Position numbers and translations under genes: made by a program
Source of the DNA: Candidatus Bathyarchaeota archaeon
GTDB lineage: Archaea > Thermoproteota > Bathyarchaeia > Bathyarchaeales > Bathycorpusculaceae
Direction: 5' to 3'
Length of the DNA stretch: 64,000 nt
Assembly (NCBI GenBank): GCA_963715865.1
Contig: OY970280.1
Span: 1,024,001-1,088,000 of the forward strand
The notes under the pieces: generated by a model
What the model saw: the letters and a program-made list of their open reading frames with translations, nothing else
Database searches by the model: none
Told to the model about the DNA's origin: nothing
Shown: positions 56,684 to 64,000 of the stretch, one piece after another
How positions within the stretch are numbered: position 1 is the first letter of the stretch
How the letters are laid out: every line of letters begins with the position of its first letter

Positions 56684-56707
56684 TGTGACTGTATCTACGC
56701 AGTCACA
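56684..56707. promoter_or_regulatory. Perfect 8-bp inverted repeat TGTGACTG-N8-CAGTCACA adjoining a TATA-like element
   Basis: Seen directly; the minus strand continues TAGTTTTAAATT. Confidence 0.45.
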
Positions 56708-56965
56708 ACCTACCGTTCATTTTGGAAAAATATTCGTTTTATTAAGCTAACTGCACTTAGAATAGTGGTTTCTAGCATGGGTGTCTAGCTCTTTTCCGTT
56801 TTGGAAGTGGGTTCCACACCATGGGCATTTGAATTCTACTTTCATGTGTTATCATGTTTGCATCTGGTTTTTTGATGATTTACGTTTGTGTACGTATTAA
56901 AAATGACAACAATGGTTACTGGTTTATTTAGGGATATTAGCAAAAGAAAGGGAATTTAAGTGAAG

Positions 56966-57202
56966 TTATCGTTCTTCTACTACAATCATTGTTAGAGTTG
57001 ACCGTACTTTGTCTAACCGTCGAATACGCCATGTCACTATTTCTTTTAGTTTATCCATAGTGTCTGCTTTGACCCTTGCTACTATGTCGTAGACTCCGTA
57101 AACGGCTGATGCTTCTTCAACGCCTTCGACTTTTTTCAGGTCTTTAAGTACGTCTGATTCTGAACCTATTTCGGTATTTATTAATACAAAGGCTGTGGGC
57201 AT
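56966..57202 (-). CDS. Stand-alone Lrp/AsnC ligand-binding domain protein
   Basis: MPTAFVLINTE...VEGVEEA..VYGVYDIVA...IRRLDKVRSTLT. Confidence 0.9.
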   Translation of the reverse strand: MPTAFVLINTEIGSESDVLKDLKKVEGVEEASAVYGVYDIVARVKADTMDKLKEIVTWRIRRLDKVRSTLTMIVVEER

Positions 57203-57327
57203 ATCAATCCCGATCCTATAATAAATGATTAGTTCCGTGTACATTAAAATGTTTCCTAGAAAACCGCGCAAGTCACCGCTTACATTGCCATCTGTAAGGC
57301 AAACGTTTGATAAATTAGAAACTAAAA

Positions 57328-58374
57328 TTAAGGAAAGTTATCGTTTTGCTTTTTTCGCATAATTTTTATACCTGCCCATTGCAGGGCTACATAAGAGACG
57401 ACAAGTCGGAACCACAGGCTCACAACCCTCGTCAGCAAAGTGACAGAAACACTTAGTGCCGCTGGGATTCCAAGAGCAGTAAATGAAATGCTCATGATTA
57501 ATTCTGGAAAACCGAAAAATGTTACGCCTATGGTTTGAAGTGTTCCAGTTAAAGTAAACACTATAAGCACTTTATCCACTGGCACAGGATAACCTAAGGC
57601 GATAAAAGTTAGGAATGTGACTGAGATTTCGAAAATAAAACTTATAATAGCATATATAATGGGTTTAACTAGTGCTTTTGGGTTAGCTTTCAATTGTTGT
57701 ATGCCGACATGGAATCTACTCAATAGTTCTTCTGCTTTAAGCCTGAAATTTTGAGGGCTCCAAGTTTTTCGGAAAAACAATGCTATGCGTATCGACCAGT
57801 TTAGCAAAGTTTTGGTTGCCGATGGTTTGATGCTTACGTAGTAAACGAGCAGTAACGTTAAAATTGAGAGCGCCAAGACGAGCGAAATCAAAAAGGTAAC
57901 TATGAACGGCAAGGGATAGCTAATAAGCGCTAATCCTAAACCGAGCGCCATAGCAACAACGGTGATTGCCATTGTAAAAATTTTTTGGCCAACAACCGAT
58001 GCGCCTATTTTTCCTGAATCATGGCTTGAATCCTTGGTTAACAGGTAAGTTTTCGAGACTTCTCCCGACCAGCCCAATTGGGGAACTGTAGCTTCAAAAA
58101 ACAATCCAACCCACGTAAAGAGCAGCGCCTTCCGAGTGCTAATTTTTACTGACAGGTTGTTTAGCAGGTGGTGCCAAACTAGCGCAGAGAAGAATGCATA
58201 AAGGGAATAAGCTACAAAAGCACTTGCATAATAAACGAGATTTGTCTTTGAGAGTATCGCGACAACTTGAGCGGGATTAATGAATAAGATAAAATAAAGA
58301 ATGAAAGCTACTAATCCTAAAATTAAAACTAGCAGAATCACGTTTTGACGTAACGGTCTTTTTAATGAGTTCAT
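57328..58374 (-). CDS. Lysylphosphatidylglycerol synthase TM / flippase-like membrane protein
   Basis: Multi-TM; W..LL, TVPQLG.SGE, LLTRVVSLWF. Confidence 0.8.
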   Translation of the reverse strand: MNSLKRPLRQNVILLVLILGLVAFILYFILFINPAQVVAILSKTNLVYYASAFVAYSLYAFFSALVWHHLLNNLSVKISTRKALLFTWVGLFFEATVPQLGWSGEVSKTYLLTKDSSHDSGKIGASVVGQKIFTMAITVVAMALGLGLALISYPLPFIVTFLISLVLALSILTLLLVYYVSIKPSATKTLLNWSIRIALFFRKTWSPQNFRLKAEELLSRFHVGIQQLKANPKALVKPIIYAIISFIFEISVTFLTFIALGYPVPVDKVLIVFTLTGTLQTIGVTFFGFPELIMSISFTALGIPAALSVSVTLLTRVVSLWFRLVVSYVALQWAGIKIMRKKQNDNFP

Positions 58375-58608
58375 CTAGGATTTCAAGCCTTAGCTAAATT
58401 CTCAGTAGCTAAGCTATTAAGCGTATATACAAAAAATTAAAGCCGCTATTTTTCAGTTATTTTTGGCGCTCTTAAAAGCTCCAAAATCGCAAGGGCAGAT
58501 AACTGGACGAAAAGAAGGAAAACTACAATTTGTCATGAGACATTAATATGTTCATGTTATTAAAACAAAAAAGAGAGCGAGAAGTGATGCCTTTCTAAAT
58601 TTTCGCCG

Positions 58609-58842
58609 TTATTCTTCCATCATTATCAGTGTTAACGTGGATCTAACTCTGCTAATTGCTCTTACTTTTCGTGTTACCATGTCCTTGAGTTTTTCCATTG
58701 AGTCAGCTTTTATTTTAGTAATTATGTCGTACACGCCGTAGGAAAAGTACGCTTCTTCCACGCCTTCAATCTTTTTAAGTTCCCCGAGAACTTCTTCTTC
58801 TGCACCTGATTCAACGTTTATTAATACAAATGCTTTAGGCAT
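58609..58842 (-). CDS. Stand-alone Lrp/AsnC ligand-binding domain protein
   Basis: MPKAFVLINVE...IEGVEEAY.SYGVYDII...VRSTLTL. Confidence 0.9.
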   Translation of the reverse strand: MPKAFVLINVESGAEEEVLGELKKIEGVEEAYFSYGVYDIITKIKADSMEKLKDMVTRKVRAISRVRSTLTLIMMEE

Positions 58843-58982
58843 TTCAGTCTCCACTTATATTTTAGTGGACTCTTAATTAAAATTTTTCTAAATTAACGGG
58901 CAAATTTGCTTACTAAAATTTTATTTACCGCAAATTTTATGAGCACTTGCCTTCTAAAAAGATAAACAAGGAGAAAATAAGA

Positions 58983-59324
58983 TTGGTTTATTGTACAAAA
59001 TGCGGGACACTCAGCCCTGACAACGCTACCAATTGTTCTAATTGTGGGGCTCCACTTTATGGCGCTAGCGTCGAGAATAAGCCTTACTGGCATGAGCATC
59101 GGCATAGGTATTATGAGGAAGGGTATTATTATCGAAAAGGCAGCGGTGCGGGACTTCTCATTGCGGGTTTAATAGTAATTTTAATCGGGTTAGCATTATT
59201 TTTCGGTACGCTTTCAATGTTTTGGCAGTATTTCTGGCCGCTTGTGTTCGTTTTGATTGGTATATGGCTTATTGTACGAGGGTTAATGCGCCACAGCAGG
59301 AATAGGCAACCACCGCCCCATTAG
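58983..59324 (+). CDS. Zinc-ribbon membrane protein (LiaF-like TM pair)
   Basis: YCTKCG...CSNCGAPL; GLIVILIG...WP..L..IG. Confidence 0.8.
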   Translation: MVYCTKCGTLSPDNATNCSNCGAPLYGASVENKPYWHEHRHRYYEEGYYYRKGSGAGLLIAGLIVILIGLALFFGTLSMFWQYFWPLVFVLIGIWLIVRGLMRHSRNRQPPPH

Positions 59325-59436
59325 CCTGTTTACCTGTCTAGCACAAATCATTCTTGATTGCACGTTTTTACAGCTACGCACACAAAAGAGTTATATTAAG
59401 TCAGGTTGAAAGGTGTTTGTTATTGCGGGGAAAAGC

Positions 59437-61065
59437 ATGGTTAAGTACATTTTCGTGACAGGAGGCGTGTTAAGTTCCGTCGGTAAAGGCATTTTAACGT
59501 CTTCCATCGGTAAGATGCTTCAGGCTCGAGGATTAAAGCCTACGGTTATAAAAATCGACCCTTATGTGAACGTTGATGCGGGAACCATGAATCCCTATAT
59601 GCATGGGGAAGTCTTCGTAACGGATGATGGCGGCGAAACCGACTTAGATTTAGGCTGGTACGAACGCTTCTTAGATTTACGCCTCAAACAAGAAAACAAC
59701 TTAACCACTGGCATGGTGTATAAAGCGGTAATTGAGAAAGAGCGTCGCGGCGACTTTTTAGGACGCTGTGTCCAAATTGTGCCGCATATAACTAACGAAA
59801 TTAAAAATCGCATTAAAAGCGTTGGCAAAGCCGCATGTGCCGAGGTTGTTTTGACTGAAGTTGGCGGAACAGTTGGCGACATTGAAGGGTTACCGTTTTT
59901 GGAAGCTATTCGCCAGATGCGTATTGAAGAAGGCTATGAGAATACGCTTTATGTACATTTGGCTTTGGTGCCGATTTTGGATGTTACTGGTGAAATGAAA
60001 ACTAAACCCTTACAGCACAGCGTTAATGAGTTAAGAGGCATCGGTATTCAACCAGATACCATCGTGGCTAGAAGCCCCAAAATGATTGATGCTGAAGCCC
60101 TCAGAAAAATAGCTTTGTTCGGCACTATTCCTGAAAGCGCTGTCTTCTGCTCGTATAACGCTGAGTCTGTTTATCAGGTGCCGCTTATTTTGGATAAGCA
60201 AGGAATGGGCGATTTTATCTGCCAAAGATTAGGTATCAAATGTGAGACTAAAGATTTCGGTGCTTGGCAGCAGTATGTTGACGCCGTGGTTCATCCTGAA
60301 AATGAAGTTAAGATAGCGTTAGTGGGCAAATACGCTGGGTTAACTGACAGTTACGTGAGCATGACCGAGGCACTTCGGCACGCTGGTGGTGCATGCAAGA
60401 CTAAGGTTTGTATTTCTTACTTGGAAGCTGAGAAACTGGAGCAAGAACCTCAATGCGTAAAAGACCTTGCGAATTTTGACGGAGTTTTTGTTCCTTACGG
60501 TTTTGGTCCACGAGGAACTGAAGGCAAAATTGCGGCTACCCAGTTTGCCAGAGAGAATGATATTCCTTTCTTGGGCATATGTTATGGTTTTCAGTTGGCA
60601 GTTATCGAGTTCGCTCGGAATGTTTGCGGCTTAAAGGATGCCAATAGCACAGAGATTAATCCTGAAACGCCTCATCCAGTCATAGACCTTATGCCTGAGC
60701 AGCGTGGAATAGAAATTAAGGGTGCAACTATGCGTTTAGGTGCTCACAAAGTGGTTTTGCAAAAAGGCACGCTTGCTTACAGCTTGTATGGGCAGGAAGA
60801 AATTTACGAGCGCCACCGCCACCGCTTTGAAGTTAACTTAGACTACTTGGAAATCCTCAAAAAGAATGGTTTATGTTTCACTGGCAAAAGCGCTGACGGC
60901 AGAAGAATGGAAACCTTAGAGTTGCCAAACAACTACTTCTTCTTTGCCTCTCAGTTCCATGGAGAATTCAAAAGTCGACCTGGAAGGCCTTCACCTGAAT
61001 ACTTTGGGTTTATTCAAGCATGCGTTAATAAGAAGCTTGGAAAACCAAAACCCATTATTTCTTAG
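59437..61065 (+). CDS. pyrG: CTP synthase
   Basis: TGGVLSSVGKG, KIDPYVNVDAGTM, GICYGFQ, ERHRHRFE, QFHGE. Confidence 0.97.
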   Translation: MVKYIFVTGGVLSSVGKGILTSSIGKMLQARGLKPTVIKIDPYVNVDAGTMNPYMHGEVFVTDDGGETDLDLGWYERFLDLRLKQENNLTTGMVYKAVIEKERRGDFLGRCVQIVPHITNEIKNRIKSVGKAACAEVVLTEVGGTVGDIEGLPFLEAIRQMRIEEGYENTLYVHLALVPILDVTGEMKTKPLQHSVNELRGIGIQPDTIVARSPKMIDAEALRKIALFGTIPESAVFCSYNAESVYQVPLILDKQGMGDFICQRLGIKCETKDFGAWQQYVDAVVHPENEVKIALVGKYAGLTDSYVSMTEALRHAGGACKTKVCISYLEAEKLEQEPQCVKDLANFDGVFVPYGFGPRGTEGKIAATQFARENDIPFLGICYGFQLAVIEFARNVCGLKDANSTEINPETPHPVIDLMPEQRGIEIKGATMRLGAHKVVLQKGTLAYSLYGQEEIYERHRHRFEVNLDYLEILKKNGLCFTGKSADGRRMETLELPNNYFFFASQFHGEFKSRPGRPSPEYFGFIQACVNKKLGKPKPIIS

Positions 61066-61133
61066 AAATTAGCGTAATTACTAGAAAAGGCTATAATGCA
61101 TGATTTACATGAGACGGTAAGGATTGATTGAAA

Positions 61134-61424
61134 ATGGCAGAAGAAGGAAAATGGGATTCAAAAGGCTTTGACAAGTTAATGAAAAACAGCAAAAATGAAT
61201 TAGTTGACTTACAGAATCAACTGCAAAATTTAATGGTAAAGTTTTGCATGCGTGCATTACGTGTTTATCAATCTACAAGGCCTGAACCGCTAAGACCTGA
61301 TGAAGTCTCTTTGTTAATCAAGAACGAACTGAACAATGCTATTGCCGACCTTACAGCGCAGACAAACATGGATAACATTGTTAAGCTCGTTAAGGAAGAA
61401 TGGGCTAAACAACAGAAACCATAG
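61134..61424 (+). CDS. Hypothetical helical protein
   Basis: ORF with its own upstream TATA-like element and ordinary composition. Confidence 0.65.
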   Translation: MAEEGKWDSKGFDKLMKNSKNELVDLQNQLQNLMVKFCMRALRVYQSTRPEPLRPDEVSLLIKNELNNAIADLTAQTNMDNIVKLVKEEWAKQQKP

Positions 61425-61543
61425 GTTAAGTATCTTAGCCCTGTTTTTTCTTACGGTTTATAATTAATGAAGTTAGGTTTGTGTCTGTTAAATCGTTAAA
61501 AATTGTTGATGTTGGATAAAAAAAGTGTTATCGCTTTCGTCGA

Positions 61544-61966
61544 TTATTTTGTGCGACAGAACTCTTCCATCGTTGACATTAATGAAGGAACCGAGTAGAC
61601 TATGTCCCTGTCGTTTATCATGCCTACGAGGCAGCCGTTTTTGTCAACGATTGGTAAGTGCTTGATTTGCCAGTGTTTCATCAGTTTAGCTGCTTCTTCA
61701 ACTGTTGCTGACTCATCTATTGTTACCAGCGGGTTTGTGTAGACCATTCTTGCAATGATTGTGTTCAGAGGCACGCCATGTTCAACTGCTCTTACGAGAA
61801 CATCTTTGACTGTTATGATTCCTGTTGGTTTTCCGCTTTGCTCGACAAGTATTGCATCTTTGTCATACTTGTTCATTAATGCAACTACTTCTTTGACTGA
61901 CGTATCATTACGCACAGTTTTAACATCTTTTGACATTATGTCTCTTACGAGAACATTGCTTGCCAT
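61544..61966 (-). CDS. CBS-domain pair protein
   Basis: VRDIMS, GIITVKDV, HLPIVD...GMINDRDI. Confidence 0.9.
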   Translation of the reverse strand: MASNVLVRDIMSKDVKTVRNDTSVKEVVALMNKYDKDAILVEQSGKPTGIITVKDVLVRAVEHGVPLNTIIARMVYTNPLVTIDESATVEEAAKLMKHWQIKHLPIVDKNGCLVGMINDRDIVYSVPSLMSTMEEFCRTK

Positions 61967-62042
61967 TCAAATTTCACCTTAACGTCTATGACAAAAGCAC
62001 TTGTCATTTATCAATTTTTTGTTTATTGACCCTACCCTGCTA

Positions 62043-62607
62043 ATGGTGCAAAACTTAAAGGCTCGTTTCCCGTCATTCTTTTTGAAGGCGGCTTGCTTTT
62101 TGAGCAACAATTCCAAAGAATTGGAGAGGTTTGGCGTCAGGTTAGATAAAGCTGAAAATTACGCTGAAGTTTGGCAAATTGTAAAGGACACAGTGAAGTT
62201 TTCTTTGGGTAAAAGAAGGGATAGTATGATGCTGTTTTTGGATGATTTGCCTCTCCAGTTGGGCGCCTATTATCCCGATTGGAACCAACAACATTGTCCT
62301 AAACAGGTCGCTAGTGGAAATCGTTGAGGCATCTGTGAGCTCCAAGCCAATGGTTAATGCTTTGGTGTACAATCTCTTGTTGCATGAGTATTTGCATGCG
62401 CTCGGCGAGTATTCTGAGGTTGGGGTTAGGCGCATGGTTGTTGAAGTTGCAAAGAAATGCTTTGGAGAACAACACATTGCGACAGAGGTTGCACGCAAGA
62501 CACCTTGGGTTTTGCTAAAGGATATTCCTCTTGGACCATTCAACGCGCCTAAACGAGTAATGGAAATCGTTAAGGATTTCGAAAAAACAGGCAAATACAT
62601 CGTATAA
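62043..62607 (+). CDS. HEXXH-motif protein split by an apparent +1 frameshift near 62275
   Basis: LGAYYP|IGTNNIVLNR join; LLHEYLHALG. Confidence 0.7.
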
Positions 62608-62641
62608 AATATAAAATGCAGTGTGCCCAAGGGCTTTTGAA

Positions 62642-63046
62642 TTAATGTTGATCAATTGCCATTATGGAGAATTGTATTTGTTGAACAGGCTTGTTTGCTT
62701 TAAGCCCATCAATTAGGCTTCTAAGACGTTTTGAGGAGCCTTTTACAACCATGACTTCAAGGCAACTTGTTTCAGATAGGTGGGCATGCAGGTATGCGGT
62801 TATCATATCGTCAAATTCATGTTGTAGTCGGAATAATTCTTTATTTTCTTCAGTTTTTCCGTAAAGGACTGTTATTGTTGCGATGACGTTTCCTTTGATT
62901 TTGTCTAGTTCGTTGTATTGTGTAAGGTACATGCGAACAGCTTGTCGGACTACTTCTGACCGGTTTGCGCTTCGATCTTCTTCTCCAAGGATAGTGTCAA
63001 GTTGTTCAAGCAACTCGTTGGGTAATGAAAGACTAATTATGCTCAC
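62642..63046 (-). CDS. nikR: NikR-family ribbon-helix-helix metalloregulator
   Basis: IISLSLP..LL..LD, NRSEVVRQAVR, QHEF...LHAHL....CLEV. Confidence 0.85.
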   Translation of the reverse strand: MSIISLSLPNELLEQLDTILGEEDRSANRSEVVRQAVRMYLTQYNELDKIKGNVIATITVLYGKTEENKELFRLQHEFDDMITAYLHAHLSETSCLEVMVVKGSSKRLRSLIDGLKANKPVQQIQFSIMAIDQH

Positions 63047-63203
63047 TAAGCTTCACCTTTACTTAATCTACTTTGTTCTATTAGTTTGCTTGACTTAAAT
63101 ATTGCCTTCATTTCGCCCTAAAAATCAGGAGTTTGTTTACTTCGCTTTTTTGATTGCTTTTTTTGCAGGCGGTTTGGAAAGTAAACATAGAAAGAGTGAC
63201 TCG

Positions 63204-63233
63204 GTTATTAAAAAAAGCGCTAAATTTAATAAC
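63204..63233. promoter_or_regulatory. Candidate NikR operator
   Basis: GTTATTAAA-N12-TTTAATAAC perfect dyad; can be read as TTATTA-N16-TAATAA. Confidence 0.55.
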
Positions 63234-63263
63234 GTTTAATAAATAGTGCTGCTATTTTAATAA

Positions 63264-64000
63264 ATGGATATGTTCATGCGGAAAATAACCTATTTAGCCG
63301 TTGGAGTTTTGATTGCAGTAATTATTGTGGCAACAGTAACAGGTTTGTATCTTACTAATCGTCCAGGAACTAGCTCAGGTTCTCAGTTAAAGGTGCTTGC
63401 AACGTTTTATCCGCTGTATGATTTCGCCCAAAATGTGGGCGGCGATAAAGTTAACGTCTCGATACTTGTGCCAGAAACCGTTGATGTACACGAATTTGAA
63501 CCAACGCCCTCTTCCATAGCAGATGTTGCAAGCGCAAATGTACTCGTTTACAACGGCGTTGGACTGGAGCCATGGATCCAGAATATAATCAGCGCATCTG
63601 GAAACACAAAACTCGTACAGGTAGATACAAGCCAAGGAGTTCAACTTCTTCCAGTGCCAGCAGAATTCCAAAGGAATAACCAAACAGTTGACCCACATAT
63701 CTGGCTTGATCCCCTAAACGCAAAACAACAGGTCAACAACATTCTTCAAGGATTAATCAAAGCTGACCCTGCTGACACTCAATATTTCACGCAAAATGCA
63801 CAAGCTTACGAAGCTAAACTCGATAATTTGAACTCTCTTGCAATAAATGCCACATCAAACACTGCAACACGCTACTTTGTTACATTCCATGAAGCATTCG
63901 CCTATTTCGCTAACCAATACAACGTTACCCAACTTCCCATTTCAGGACCATTTGAAGAAGAACCCACACCAAGCGACATTCAAAACGTAATCAACGCAAT
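63264..64000 (+). CDS. Metal ABC transporter substrate-binding protein, ZnuA/TroA type (3'-truncated; not in ORF track)
   Basis: Manual translation: KVLATFYPLYDFAQNVGG, VHEFEPTP, DPHIWLDP, VTFHEAFAYF. Confidence 0.92.
   Translation, partial: MDMFMRKITYLAVGVLIAVIIVATVTGLYLTNRPGTSSGSQLKVLATFYPLYDFAQNVGGDKVNVSILVPETVDVHEFEPTPSSIADVASANVLVYNGVGLEPWIQNIISASGNTKLVQVDTSQGVQLLPVPAEFQRNNQTVDPHIWLDPLNAKQQVNNILQGLIKADPADTQYFTQNAQAYEAKLDNLNSLAINATSNTATRYFVTFHEAFAYFANQYNVTQLPISGPFEEEPTPSDIQNVINA

Noticed and set aside
1-64000. tRNA/rRNA genes and the many antisense or nested ORFs in the track
   Set aside because: No cloverleaf or rRNA-like segment was seen; the short ORFs lie opposite or within well-supported genes and lack motifs.

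Overview
Archaeal chromosome segment. TiaS, archaeal class III-signal pilins, bzd-type activases and the style of the secreted proteins suggest Bathyarchaeia (inference). Layout: (i) 1-7.7 kb, an accessory, probably defence-type cluster encoding a PAPS-reductase/4Fe-4S protein (5'-truncated), a winged-helix + PLD nuclease split by a 1-nt shift, two BrxD/DUF2791-like ATPases, a HerA-like ATPase, an orphan 405-aa protein and a free-standing, catalytically eroded intein/LAGLIDADG protein, bounded by a yyaL-like gene stub; (ii) 8.1-13.1 kb, an operon pairing a double-cubane-cluster-type reductase with BzdP/BzdQ-type activase subunits, a BzdM-type ferredoxin missed by the ORF track and two membrane redox proteins; (iii) surface proteins, a CDF transporter, asnS, a B12 radical SAM enzyme, a P-type ATPase, satP-acs, grpE-dnaK-dnaJ and alaS; (iv) 40.4-53.9 kb, a type IV pilus locus with two giant adhesin-like pilins and several frameshifts; (v) tiaS, three stand-alone Lrp/AsnC effector domains, pyrG, and nikR divergent from a metal ABC binding protein. 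No rRNA, tRNA or CRISPR array was found. Six apparent +1 single-base insertions occur and may be assembly errors. All family calls come from motifs recognised by eye; no searches were run.
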